Assembly (NCBI GenBank): GCA_040755095.1 | Contig: JBFMBH010000002.1 | Location: 49,210-113,209 of the forward strand | Length of the DNA: 64,000 bases | Source: Thermodesulfobacteriota bacterium | Lineage (GTDB): Bacteria; Desulfobacterota; Desulfobulbia; Desulfobulbales; JBFMBH01 | Direction: 5' to 3' | Shown: piece after piece, positions 26,910-38,426 of the stretch | Layout: every line of letters starts with the position of its first letter | Position numbering within the stretch: position 1 is the stretch's first letter | Made by a program: the position numbers and the translations under genes | Notes under the pieces: model-generated | The model's input: the letters and a program-made list of their open reading frames with translations, nothing else | Database searches by the model: none | What the model was told of the DNA's origin: nothing

Positions 26910-27563
26910 TCAGCCTCGGGGCCGCCGGCGCAGCCCCAGCAGGCCCACGAGACCGGAGCCCAGCAGCAGCAGGCTGCCCGGCACCGGCACCGCATTGACA
27001 AACCCTTCACTCCCCCCGTTCGGGAAGCTGATCACATGCAGGCCGAGCCTGGTCTCGCCGGTGGCAAGGCTGGCGATGATGTCAGCATAGGTCGCGGGCC
27101 CGTCCATCGTCATCCGGAAATCCGCGTACTCCCCCAGCCCAACGCCTTTGGTGGGGGCCGGCGAGTCGGCACTGAACGAGACGCTGGTCTCAAAACCGAT
27201 GCTGTTGCCCCCTGGCAGGTTGCCTGGATGGTTGTCCTCAGAAAAGCTGACAGCGCCTCCCCCGCCGCCGCCGAATTCCAGCTCGTAAGACAGGCTGGCC
27301 GGCAGGTCCCAGAAGACCTGCTCCACCACCGAGGTCACCGTGCCGGTGTTCGAGACCCGCCAAAGCACCTGCTGCCCGCCCAGGTCCGTCACCTCCAGGC
27401 CGAGCTGCGCCTCGCCGGCCGCGGCATTGCCGGGATCGTTGGCGGTGAGGTTGAGGAAGTTGTAGGTGCTGGCCTGGGCCGAGGTGGCGGCACCAAGGCC
27501 CAGGAGCCCGAACAGGCCCATGGCGCATATGAGCAGGGTGAATCTCGTTCTGCTTCTTGTCAT
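26910..27563 (-). CDS. Secreted hypothetical protein with PEP-CTERM-type sorting signal
   Basis: AGGGGGA SD. Signal peptide MTRSRTRFTLLICAMGLFGLLGLGAATSAQA. C-terminus VPVPGSLLLLGSGLVGLLGLRRRPRG. Confidence 0.75.
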   Translation of the reverse strand: MTRSRTRFTLLICAMGLFGLLGLGAATSAQASTYNFLNLTANDPGNAAAGEAQLGLEVTDLGGQQVLWRVSNTGTVTSVVEQVFWDLPASLSYELEFGGGGGGAVSFSEDNHPGNLPGGNSIGFETSVSFSADSPAPTKGVGLGEYADFRMTMDGPATYADIIASLATGETRLGLHVISFPNGGSEGFVNAVPVPGSLLLLGSGLVGLLGLRRRPRG

Positions 27564-27727
27564 CGTTTTGTCCCCCTTTTCTTCGTTGTTGATGCAGTTC
27601 GACAAAAGACTCCCCACCGCTTAACGCATCTACCAAAGGATGAACAGACTGTCAAGGCAAAAGAATGGCCCTTTGGGCGCCCGCGGTCCGAGGCTCGGTG
27701 CCGGAGTAAGCTCTTTGCCGCGGCGCC

Positions 27728-27757
27728 TTGACAAGCCGGCGGGGCTTCGGGTAGTCT
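27728..27757 (+). promoter_or_regulatory. Candidate sigma70-type promoter for the liv operon (TTGACA, 18-nt spacer, TAGTCT)
   Basis: Consensus -35 hexamer read directly, about 95 nt upstream of the binding-protein ATG. Confidence 0.35.
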
Positions 27758-27851
27758 GGCCCAGCCGTAGGAAATGGACCAAAAACGGCGCCTTCTTGCG
27801 CTGTTGGCCTCATGGGCCGTCCAGTTGTCCATCCCCCGAAGGAGGTATGCC

Positions 27852-28982
27852 ATGACCATGCTGCGCATCGTCAAGGGACTGGCCCTGACCGCCAGCCTGG
27901 CGGCTGCCGGCCTCTTCCTGGCCCGGCCGGCGGCGGCCGCCGACAGCATTCGGATCGCGGTGGCCGGCCCGATCACCGGCTCCTACGCCCAGTTCGGCGC
28001 CCAGCTCAGCAAGGGGGCGAAGCTGGCGGTCCAGCATGTCAACGCCCGGGGCGGCATCCTGGGCAAGAGCGTGGAGCTGGTGCCGGGCGATGATGCCTGC
28101 GACCCCAAGCAGGCCCGGGCGGTGGCCAATTATCTGGCCAACCAGGGCGTGGCGGCGGTGATCGGCCATTTCTGCTCCTCCTCCACCCTGCCCGCCTCGG
28201 AGGTCTACGCCGAGGAGGGGGTGCTCCAGATCACCCCGGCCTCCACCAATCCGGCGGTGACCGAACGGGGGATTGCCACCCTCTTCCGGGTCTGCGGCCG
28301 GGACGACCAGCAGGGCGGCTCCGCGGCCCGCTACATCGCCGAGCGCTCCGAGGCCAGCCGGGTGGCGGTGATCCACGACAAGACCACCTACGGCCAGGGC
28401 CTGGCCGATGAGACCAGGAAGGCCCTGGCGGCCCGCGGCAAGACCGAGGTGCTCTACGAGGGCATCTCCATCGGCGACAAGGACTTCTCGGCCCTGGTGA
28501 GCAAGATGAAGGCCCAGGGGGTCGATTTCATCTACTTCGGCGGCCTGCATGCCGAGGCGGCCCTGCTGCTCCGCCAGGCCCGGGACCAGGGATTGGCCGC
28601 CCCCTTCATGTCCGGCGACGGCATTGTCGACAAGGCCTTTGCCGACATCGCCGGCCCGGCCGCCGACGGGGTGCTCATGACCTTCCAGTCGGATCCCCGC
28701 AAGCTGCCGGGCGCTCAGGCCCTGGTGGCGGAGTTCCGGGACCAGGAGCAGTATGATCCCGAGGGGTACACCTTGTTGAGCTATGCGGCGCTCCAGGTCC
28801 TGGCCGCGGCCATGGATGGTGCCGGTTCCACCGACGCCGGCAAGGTCAGCGCCTTCATGAAGGCTCACCCCTTCGAGACGGTGCTCGGCACCCTCCATTT
28901 CGACGCCAAGGGGGATCTGTCCGCCAGCCCTTACGTGATCTACCGCTGGCAGGGCGGCACCTACGCCGAGCTGCCGGAATAG
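27852..28982 (+). CDS. Branched-chain amino acid ABC transporter substrate-binding protein (LivJ/LivK family)
   Basis: GGAGG SD and a signal peptide. Motifs IRIAVAGPITGSYAQFG and VIGHFCSSST. Confidence 0.9.
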   Translation: MTMLRIVKGLALTASLAAAGLFLARPAAAADSIRIAVAGPITGSYAQFGAQLSKGAKLAVQHVNARGGILGKSVELVPGDDACDPKQARAVANYLANQGVAAVIGHFCSSSTLPASEVYAEEGVLQITPASTNPAVTERGIATLFRVCGRDDQQGGSAARYIAERSEASRVAVIHDKTTYGQGLADETRKALAARGKTEVLYEGISIGDKDFSALVSKMKAQGVDFIYFGGLHAEAALLLRQARDQGLAAPFMSGDGIVDKAFADIAGPAADGVLMTFQSDPRKLPGAQALVAEFRDQEQYDPEGYTLLSYAALQVLAAAMDGAGSTDAGKVSAFMKAHPFETVLGTLHFDAKGDLSASPYVIYRWQGGTYAELPE

Positions 28983-29102
28983 CCCGCCGTCTTCGTTCCG
29001 CTGCCAGGCCTCCTGGCCGGTGCGCCAGCGACCGCTCCTTCGGGGCGGTCGTTTGGCGCCGGCGCCGCGGCAAGAGCGGGGCCTGCCGCTCCGGGATGGT
29101 CC

Positions 29103-30017
29103 ATGCTCTATTTCGTTCAACAGCTCGCCAACGGCATCACCCTGGGCAGCATCTACGCCCTCATCGCCATCGGCTACACCCTGGTCTATGGCATCCTGGG
29201 GATGATCAACTTTGCCCACGGCGAGATCTACATGATCGGTGCCTATCTGGGCATCATCACCATCGGTCTGGCAGCGGTCTTCGGCATCTCCTCCACGCCG
29301 GTGGCCCTCTTCCTGGCCCTGCTGGTGGCGGTGGTCGTGACCGCGGCCTACGGCTGGACCATGGAGCGGATCGCCTACCGGCCGCTGCGGCGGGCGCCGC
29401 GGCTGTCCCCCCTGATCTCGGCCATCGGCATGTCTCTGTTCTTCCAGAACGCGGTGCAGCTGGCCCAGGGCGCCAAGGACCTGGCCCTGCCGCCGCTTCT
29501 GCCGGGCGGCTTCGTCTTCTTGGCCGATTCCCGGCTGCCCATCCAGGTGAGCTATGTCCAGGCGATCCTGGTGGCCGTCACCGTGACGGTCATGGCGGGC
29601 CTGGGCCTCTTCATCAGGCTCACCCGGACCGGCATGGCCATGCGGGCCCTGGAGCAGGATCAGGTCATGGCCGCCCTGCTGGGGGTGGATGTGGACCGCA
29701 CCATTGGCCAGACCTTCATCCTCGGCTCGGCCCTGGCTGCCCTGGCCGGGGTGCTGGTGTCGCTGCACTACGGGCTCGTGAACTTCTCCATCGGCTTTCT
29801 GGCCGGCATCAAGGCCTTCACCGCCGCGGTCCTGGGGGGCATCGGCTCGGTGCCCGGCGCCATGCTGGGCGGCGTCTTTTTGGGCCTCATCGAGGCCATG
29901 ACCTCCGCCTACCTCAGCACCGAGCTCAAGGATGTCTTCTCCTTCGGCATCCTGGCCCTGGTGCTCATCGTCCGGCCGACCGGCATCCTCGGCCGGCCCC
30001 ACATGGAGAAGGTCTGA
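29103..30017 (+). CDS. livH: Branched-chain amino acid ABC transporter permease LivH
   Basis: N-terminal QQLANGITLGSIYALIAIGYTLVYG, then NFAHGE. Confidence 0.9.
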   Translation: MLYFVQQLANGITLGSIYALIAIGYTLVYGILGMINFAHGEIYMIGAYLGIITIGLAAVFGISSTPVALFLALLVAVVVTAAYGWTMERIAYRPLRRAPRLSPLISAIGMSLFFQNAVQLAQGAKDLALPPLLPGGFVFLADSRLPIQVSYVQAILVAVTVTVMAGLGLFIRLTRTGMAMRALEQDQVMAALLGVDVDRTIGQTFILGSALAALAGVLVSLHYGLVNFSIGFLAGIKAFTAAVLGGIGSVPGAMLGGVFLGLIEAMTSAYLSTELKDVFSFGILALVLIVRPTGILGRPHMEKV

Positions 30018-31353
30018 TGGCCGGGCGCCCCAGCCGCTGCCGGGCCCTGGCCACCGCCCTCCGGGACGCCCTGTGGCTGGGCCTTCTGGCCAGCCCGCTG
30101 GTGGCCTTTGATCTGGTGCCAGGCTATGAGCGGCAGCCGCGGCTGCACTGGCAGCTGGACGATCTGGGGATCATCGTCGCCGGCGTCTTCCTGGCCCGTC
30201 TGGCCGTTCTTGTCGCCGGCTGCCATCATCTGGGCCTGCGTCTTTCCCAGCTGACCAGCCACGGCCGGCAGCGACTGGCCAGGGCCTGGCAGCAGGGCCG
30301 CCGCTGGCCAGCCCTGACCCTGACCGTCCTTTTCGGGCTGGCGGCAGCCTTCCCCTTCGCGCCCTTCGTCTCCCGCACCGCCATCGACGTCGCCACCCTG
30401 GCCGGCATCTATGTGGTCCTGGGTCTGGGCCTCAACATCGTCGTCGGTCTGGCCGGTCTTCTGGATCTGGGCTATGTGGCCTTCTACGCGGTGGGCGCCT
30501 ATGGCTACGGCCTGTTGTACCAGTACTGCGACTGGTCCTTCTGGATGGCCCTGCCGGTGTGCGGCCTGGCGGCCGGTCTCGCCGGTCTGGTGCTGGGCTT
30601 TCCGGTGCTCCGTCTCAAGGGCGACTACCTGGCCATCGTCACCTTGGGCTTCGGCGAGATCATCCGCATCGTGCTCAACAACTGGGACTCCCTCACCAAC
30701 GGGCCGAACGGCATCATGGGCATCCCCCGGCCCAGCCTCTTCGGCCTGGAGATGAGCCGGGTCGCCCGGGACGGCGGCCACACCTTCCACCAGTTCTTCG
30801 GCCTCGATTACGATGCCGGCCACCGGCTCATCTTCCTCTATCTTCTGGTGCTGGGGCTTATGGCCGGCACCATGCTCGTGGTGGAGCGCCTCAAGGAGTC
30901 CCGGCTGGGACGGGCCTGGGTGGCCATGCGGGAGGACGAGATCGCCTGCGCGGCCATGGGCATCGACACCACCCTGACCAAGCTGGCGGCCTTCGGCCTG
31001 GGCGCCGCCTGGGCCGGCCTTGCCGGCGCCGTCTATGCCGCCCGCCAGGGCTTTGTCAATCCCGAATCCTTCACCTTCATCGAGTCGGCCACCATCCTGG
31101 CCATCGTCGTGCTGGGGGGCATGGGCTCCACCGCCGGCGTAACCTGCGCCGCCCTGGCCGTGGTCATCATCCCGGAGCTGGTGCGGGAGCTGGCCGGCTT
31201 CCGCATGCTCATCTTCGCCGCCGTGATGGTGGGGCTCATGATCGTCAAGCCCGAGGGCTTGCTGCCAGCCCGGCGCCGCATCTACGACCTCCATCCGGAC
31301 GATCGCCGCAGCCTGGAGCAGGACCGCCAGAGCCTGGCCGAGGTGCACCGCCA

Positions 31354-31357
<4 letters not shown>
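30017..31357 (+). CDS. livM: Branched-chain amino acid ABC transporter permease LivM (long N-terminal extension)
   Basis: The ATG overlaps the livH stop. Motif GLNIVVGLAGLLDLGYVAFYAVGAY. Confidence 0.88.
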
Positions 31358-32878
<1,521 letters not shown>

Positions 32879-32882
<4 letters not shown>

Positions 32883-34243
32883 GCCCGGCAGAGCGCCCTG
32901 ATCTGGCGGGCTTCCTGGGTCAGCTCGGGACCGCCCTGGCCGGGATCCGGGAGCAGGTGACGGCGGTCCAGGGGAAGCCGCAGCTCCAGGAATGGCTGAT
33001 GGTGGATGTGGACCGGCACAGCCTCTTCTTCGGCTTTTTGGGCATGGAGCCGGAGGTGATCAAGGCGGCCCAGGTCTCCTGCCGCCGCCGGCTCGCGGCC
33101 CTGCCGCTGGAGGTGGAGAACCTGCGGCGGCTGGTGGACAAGACCCTGGCCGACGTGCAGCGGGGCCAGGAGATCGGGGTCATCCTCGGGGTGATCCGGG
33201 ACGGCTACCGGAAGATCCAGGCCGACCTGGACGCCTTGACCAGCCATGCCAAGCTGCTGGAGGCTGCGGCCGCCCGGGTCCGCAACCAGGTCTCCATGGA
33301 GGCCCTGGTGCAGCTGGCGGAGCTGCGCCTGCACCAGGAGCAGGACCGGCGGCGCTTTGTCACCGCGGCCGCCGCGCTGTGGTTTGCGGTCCGGCACAAG
33401 TCCCTCGCCGACCATCTGGACCGGGTCGAGGCCCTGCGGAGCCGTCTGACCCTGACGGTGGACAACCTCATGCGGGAGGGCCGGCTGCCCATGATGGCGG
33501 TGGACATCGTGAAAGGGTTTGCCGCGGTCATCGGCCGCCTGCTGGACCGCATCGCAGGCCAGGTGGAGGTTTACGTCAGCCGCTGCCGGGAGGATCTCGA
33601 GAGCCTGGCGGAGGTGGAGGCGGCCCTGGCCTCGGTGGCGGGCATCGGCCTCGGAGATGTGCTCACCGGCGTGGCCCGCATGGCCGAGACCGTGGAGCGG
33701 CTGGTCTGGAGCCTGTCCAAGCGCAGCTACCACATAGAAGGGGTCAGGGCCACCTTCGGGGTGCTGGAGCGCCTGGAGACCATCGCCACTGCCCTGGAGC
33801 GGGAGGTGCCCCGGGCGGTGGCGGCGCTGGCCGTAACCGCCGGCCCCATGCAGCCGGAGGCCATGGCCAACGAGATCCTGGACAGCCTGTTCTCCGGCTT
33901 TTTCGGCATGCTGACCCTGATGCTCTCCTGGATGCCCATTCCGTCCGCCGCCGCCATGGCCGACCGCCGGCATCTCTTGCCCCGGGTCATCCAGGTCCTT
34001 TCCACCGCCACCCTGGTCACCAGCGCCGCGGAGCTGGAACGGCTGCTGGAGGGCTGCGCCCGGCGCAGCCACCTGGCCCGCCTCCTGAAAGGGCGACTGG
34101 AGCGCTACCGCCAGGATCTCACCCAGCTCATCGCCGAGATGGAGATCGTCTTCGTCAAGGAGGACGGCGAGGCGGTCACGGAGCCCCTGGGCAAGAGCCT
34201 GGCCGACCTCGAGCAGGTGCTCGCCAAGATCGCCATGGCCTAA
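32879..34243 (+). CDS. Hypothetical protein, predominantly helical/coiled-coil with one hydrophobic segment
   Basis: 454 codons. The ATG overlaps the livF stop (ATGA). I recognise no family motif. Hydrophobic stretch FSGFFGMLTLMLSWMPIP. Confidence 0.55.
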
Positions 34244-34253
34244 GAGCCGCAGA

Positions 34254-35540
34254 ATGTCCAACAAGGAATTCCTCACAGGACAACCGACCCGGGACATGCT
34301 GGGCCGGGCCATGAACCTGACCGTGGCCGAGGCCGGGGAGCGGATCCTTGCCTCGGCGCCCCCGGCCGTGGCCGGCCGGGAAACGGTGCCCCTGCTGGCG
34401 GCCCTGGGCCGGGTGAGCGCCGCCGCCGTGACCGCCCCCGAGGACCTGCCAGCCCATCCGCGCTCCACCATGGACGGGTTTGCGGTGCGGGCTGCGGAGA
34501 CCTTCGGCGCCTCGGAGGGGCTGCCGGCCTATCTGGCGGTCACGGGCGAGGTGGCCATGGGCGTGCAGCCGGCGGCAGGACCGGCCCCCGGTGCCTGCTT
34601 CACGATCAGTACCGGCGGCCTGCTGCCCCCGGGCACCGATGCGGTGCTGATGCTGGAGCATGCGGTGCCGGTGGACGCGGGCCTCATCGAGGTCACGGCG
34701 CCGGTGGCCCCGGGCCGCCATGTCATGCTCCCGGGCGAGGATGTCGGCCGAGGCCAGGAGGTGCTGCCGGCCGGCCGCCGGCTGCGGCCCCAGGATCTGG
34801 GGCTCTTGGCTGCCCTGGGGGTCACCGGGCTTTCGGTCCGGGCGCAGCCTACGGTGGGGATTCTGGCCACCGGCGATGAGCTGGTGCCTTATGAAGAGGC
34901 GCCCGGACCAGGCCGGATCCGGGACTGCAATTCGGTCACCCTGGCCGCCCTGGCCGCTGGCCTGGGGGCGGCGGTGCAGCGGTACGGCATCCTCCCCGAC
35001 GAGGAGGAGCGACTTCTGGCCGCCCTGGCCCAGGCCCTGGCCGAGACCGATCTGGTGCTCTTTTCCGGCGGCTCGTCGGTGGGCAGCCGGGACCTGGGGG
35101 CCAGGATCATCGACCGCCTGGGCCCGCCCGGGGTGCTGGTCCATGGCGTGCGCATGAAGCCGGGCAAGCCGGTGATCTTTGGCCTGGCGGCCGGCAAGCC
35201 GGTCTTCGGCCTGCCCGGCCACCCGGTCTCGGCCGCCGTGGCCTTCGAGGTCTTTGTCCGACCGCTCATCCTGCGGCTGGCCGGCGAGGAGGCCCCACCC
35301 CGGCGGCCCTGCCTGCCCGCCCGCCTGATGCGGCACATCCGCTCCGCCGCCGGCCGCCGGGACTATGTGCGGGTGGCCCTGGCCGACGAGGCCGGCAGCG
35401 GCGAGGTCACCGCCTGGCCGGTCCTGGGCCAGTCGGGCAGCCTCTCCACCCTGGTCCGGGCCGATGGCTGGGTAGTGGTCCCCGAGAGCCGGGAGGGCAT
35501 CCCGGCCGGCGAGATGGTGGCCGTGCAGCTGTTCGCGTGA
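34254..35540 (+). CDS. moeA: Molybdopterin molybdotransferase MoeA
   Basis: MoeA_N plus MoCF_biosynth motifs (STMDGFAVRA, ISTGG.LP.G.DAV, LFSGGSSVG..D, VRMKPGKP). Confidence 0.9.
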   Translation: MSNKEFLTGQPTRDMLGRAMNLTVAEAGERILASAPPAVAGRETVPLLAALGRVSAAAVTAPEDLPAHPRSTMDGFAVRAAETFGASEGLPAYLAVTGEVAMGVQPAAGPAPGACFTISTGGLLPPGTDAVLMLEHAVPVDAGLIEVTAPVAPGRHVMLPGEDVGRGQEVLPAGRRLRPQDLGLLAALGVTGLSVRAQPTVGILATGDELVPYEEAPGPGRIRDCNSVTLAALAAGLGAAVQRYGILPDEEERLLAALAQALAETDLVLFSGGSSVGSRDLGARIIDRLGPPGVLVHGVRMKPGKPVIFGLAAGKPVFGLPGHPVSAAVAFEVFVRPLILRLAGEEAPPRRPCLPARLMRHIRSAAGRRDYVRVALADEAGSGEVTAWPVLGQSGSLSTLVRADGWVVVPESREGIPAGEMVAVQLFA

Positions 35541-35650
35541 CCCGGCGCATCGGGGTGGTGCTTGACAAAGGGGGGGAGCGGGCACGCTGCCCCTACGGTC
35601 GTGGGGCTCCTCGCCGGCCCTTCCTCCCGGCCCGCCTGATGCGGCTCTGA

Positions 35651-37585
35651 ATGCCCATGAATCGTCCGAACCGCTTTCTCGACAACCAGCCCCTGGAAGA
35701 GGCCTTGCGTCTCTGGTACGAGGCCCTGGGCCGCCACGGCGCCCTGGGGCCGCTGCCGGCCGAGACCGTGCCCGCCGACCAGGCCCTGGGCCGGGTGACG
35801 GCCGAGGCGGTCTTCGCCCGCCAGTCGGCGCCCTTCTACCATGGGGCCGCCATGGACGGCATCGCGGTGCGGGTGCGGGAGACGGTGGGCGCCAGCGAGG
35901 CTTCCCCGGTGCGGCTGGTGGAGGGCCGCCAGTTCGTGGCGGTGAACACCGGCCATCCGCTTCCCGACGGCTTCGATGCCGTGGTCATGATCGAGGATGT
36001 GCAGCCGGTGGGGGAAGATGCGGTGGAGATCGTGGCCGCCGCCACCCCCTGGCAGCACATCCGGGCCATTGGCGAGGATATCGTCGCCACCGAGCTGGTG
36101 CTGCCGGAGGGGCAAAGGGTGCGGCCGGTGGACCTGGGGGCCTTGCTGGCCACCGGCTGCGGCGAGGTCGCCGTACGGCGCCAGGCACGGGTAGCCATTC
36201 TGCCCACCGGCAGCGAGCTGGTGGAGCCGGGGGCGCCCGTACGCCCCGGCAACATCATCGAGCTCAACAGCCGCATCATCGCCGGCCTGGTTGCCGAGTG
36301 GGGCGCTACGCCCTGGCGGCTGCCCATCACCCCGGATGATCCGGCCCGCCTGCGGCAGGCGGTCGCCTGTGCTGCGGCCGAGCACGATCTCGTGCTGGTC
36401 AATGCCGGTGCTTCGGCCGGCAGCGAGGACCATACCGCCCGGGTCCTGGCCGAGCTGGGGGAGGTGGTGGTGCACGGCGTCAACATCAAGCCAGGCAAGC
36501 CGGTGATCCTGGCCACGGTGGCCGGCAAGCCGGTGATCGGCCTGCCCGGCTATCCGGTCTCCACCTTCCTGTGCCTGCGCCTCTTTGTCCGGGGGATCAT
36601 CGACCTCCTGCACGGCTGCCCCAGCCTGCCGCCGGAACGGGCCTTCGCCGTCCTCTCCCGGCCCCTGGCCTCCCGGCTCGGGGTGCTGGAGCTGGTGCGG
36701 GTCAAGCTGGGCCGGGTCGGGGACAAGCTCCTCGCCACCCCGTCCGGCCGGGGCGCCGGGGCGGTCATGAGCCTGGTGCAGGCGGATGGCATCCTGGCCA
36801 TTCCGCCGGGAGCCGAGGGGATCGGGGCTGGCGAGACGGTGGAGGTGGAGCTGTTGCGGCCCCAGCACGAGGTGGAAAACACCCTGGTCATGATCGGCAG
36901 CCACGACAACGCCCTCGATGTCATCGCCAACCTGCTCCACCGGCAAAGGCCTTACTGCCGTCTGGCCTCGGCCCATGTCGGCTCCCTGGGCGGCATCATG
37001 GCCATCCGCCGGGGCGAGGCCCACTGCGCCGGCAGCCACCTTTTGGACGAGGCCAGCGGCGAGTTCAATGTCCCCTATCTTGAGCGTCACCTGCCGGGCC
37101 TGCCCCTGGTGCTGGTCAACCTGGCCTTTCGCCAGCAGGGCCTCCTGGTCCGGCCCGGCAACCCCCTGGGCATCACCGGCTTTGCCGACCTGGTCCGGCC
37201 AGAGGTGCGCTTCATCAACCGCCAGCGGGGGGCCGGCACCCGCCTGTTGACCGACCTGCATCTGAAGCGCCTGGCCATCGAGCCGGCGGCCGTCGCCGGC
37301 TACCAGCGGGAGGAGTACACCCACATGGCGGTGGCCTCGGCAGTGGCCACCGGTGCCGCCGATACCGGTCTGGCCATCCGCGCTGCCGCCGTGGCCCTGG
37401 GGCTCGATTTTCTGCCGGTCGCCGAGGAGCGCTACGACCTCATCATCCCCAAGGCCCACCTGGCCGAGGCCAAGGTGCAGGCCCTGCTCGCCATCCTCCG
37501 GGAAAGCCGGGAGCTGCGGCAGACCCTGGCCAGCCTGGGCGGCTATGACCTCCGGGACTGCGGCCGCATCGTATACGAGCAGTAG
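35651..37585 (+). CDS. moeA: MoeA fused to a C-terminal periplasmic-binding-protein-like (molybdate/tungstate-binding type) domain
   Basis: The N-terminal 400 aa are MoeA-like (AMDGIAVR, VNAGASAGSED, VNIKPGKP). The C-terminal 230 aa are PBP-like (IGSHDNALDV..., INRQRGAGTR). Confidence 0.85.
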   Translation: MPMNRPNRFLDNQPLEEALRLWYEALGRHGALGPLPAETVPADQALGRVTAEAVFARQSAPFYHGAAMDGIAVRVRETVGASEASPVRLVEGRQFVAVNTGHPLPDGFDAVVMIEDVQPVGEDAVEIVAAATPWQHIRAIGEDIVATELVLPEGQRVRPVDLGALLATGCGEVAVRRQARVAILPTGSELVEPGAPVRPGNIIELNSRIIAGLVAEWGATPWRLPITPDDPARLRQAVACAAAEHDLVLVNAGASAGSEDHTARVLAELGEVVVHGVNIKPGKPVILATVAGKPVIGLPGYPVSTFLCLRLFVRGIIDLLHGCPSLPPERAFAVLSRPLASRLGVLELVRVKLGRVGDKLLATPSGRGAGAVMSLVQADGILAIPPGAEGIGAGETVEVELLRPQHEVENTLVMIGSHDNALDVIANLLHRQRPYCRLASAHVGSLGGIMAIRRGEAHCAGSHLLDEASGEFNVPYLERHLPGLPLVLVNLAFRQQGLLVRPGNPLGITGFADLVRPEVRFINRQRGAGTRLLTDLHLKRLAIEPAAVAGYQREEYTHMAVASAVATGAADTGLAIRAAAVALGLDFLPVAEERYDLIIPKAHLAEAKVQALLAILRESRELRQTLASLGGYDLRDCGRIVYEQ

Positions 37586-37598
37586 CAGAGGAAGTGGC

Positions 37599-37632
37599 TT
37601 GACCGTGCAATGCTAACGGCATAGTATTGCAT
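37599..37632 (+). promoter_or_regulatory. Near-consensus promoter (TTGACC, 17-nt spacer, TAGTAT) with inverted repeat TGCAAT/ATTGCA overlapping the -10, upstream of vapB
   Basis: -35 at 37599-37604 and -10 at 37622-37627. Inverted-repeat arms at 37606-37611 and 37626-37631. Confidence 0.5.
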
Positions 37633-37653
37633 GACGCTGCCGGGAGGACTGCC

Positions 37654-37911
37654 ATGCAAGCACAACTGACCGTCAGACTGCCGGGCCAGATTGCTGCCGA
37701 GCTTGCCGCCATCGCGAAGAAGCGGCACTGCCGGAAGTCGGATGTGGTGCGCGAGGCGCTGGAACAGCTGATCAGGGCCGAAACCGCGGCCGATGAGCCG
37801 TGCCCGTTCAACAAGGTGCGCCACCTCATGGGCGCCGTGGCGACCGGCATCAATGACCTGGGAGAAGCCCACCGGCAGCATCTGGCCAGAAAGCTGCGTC
37901 GCGATGGCTGA
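37654..37911 (+). CDS. vapB: Ribbon-helix-helix (CopG/VapB-type) antitoxin
   Basis: RHH N-terminus QLTVRLPGQIAAELAAIAKKRH.SKSDVVREALEQL. It overlaps the downstream PIN gene by 8 nt. Confidence 0.75.
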   Translation: MQAQLTVRLPGQIAAELAAIAKKRHCRKSDVVREALEQLIRAETAADEPCPFNKVRHLMGAVATGINDLGEAHRQHLARKLRRDG

Positions 37912-38323
37912 CCTGCTTCTCGATACAGGTCCTTTTGTGGCCCTGCTCGACCGGAGCGAGAGGAGCCACCTTCGGTGTCTGGAATTCTTCCAAGGGTTCC
38001 GGGGGCGACTCTTCACCACCGAGGCTGTCCTGACCGAGGTGGTGTACCTCCTGGGGCCATCGTTCCAGGCCCAGCAGCCGGCCCTGGAGCTTGTTCTCCA
38101 GGGGGGAGCCGAGCTGCTCCCCATGTCTCAGGCGCTCCTGGAGCGATGTCTGGGCCTCATGGCCAAGTATGCTGACATCCCCATGGATTATGCGGACGCC
38201 ACTCTGGTGGCCGTGGCCGAGGAGCGACAGATCCGCGATATCTTTACCCTGGACCTGCGAGGCTTCTCCACCTACCGGCTGTCCCCCAGGAAGCCTTTCC
38301 GGATCCAGCCTCCCGCATTCTGA
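37904..38323 (+). CDS. vapC: PIN-domain toxin (VapC-type ribonuclease)
   Basis: Acidic residues in the expected context: LLLDTGPFVAL, TEAVLTEV, DYADATLVAVA, FTLD. Confidence 0.8.
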   Translation: MADLLLDTGPFVALLDRSERSHLRCLEFFQGFRGRLFTTEAVLTEVVYLLGPSFQAQQPALELVLQGGAELLPMSQALLERCLGLMAKYADIPMDYADATLVAVAEERQIRDIFTLDLRGFSTYRLSPRKPFRIQPPAF

Positions 38324-38426
38324 CACCCCGCCCCTGGTGGCAGCTACGCCGCGTGCTCCCAAGGGGTGACCCTCGCCGGGAGCTCCAGCTGCGCTCCCTC
38401 ATTGCCCTTGCCCCCTCTTATGCTGT

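Noticed and set aside
35541-35650. Possible Moco riboswitch between the two moeA genes.
   Set aside because: The spacer is only 110 nt and lacks the conserved CCUCCGAGCC and AAAGGAG-type elements. It more likely holds a weak internal promoter and SD.
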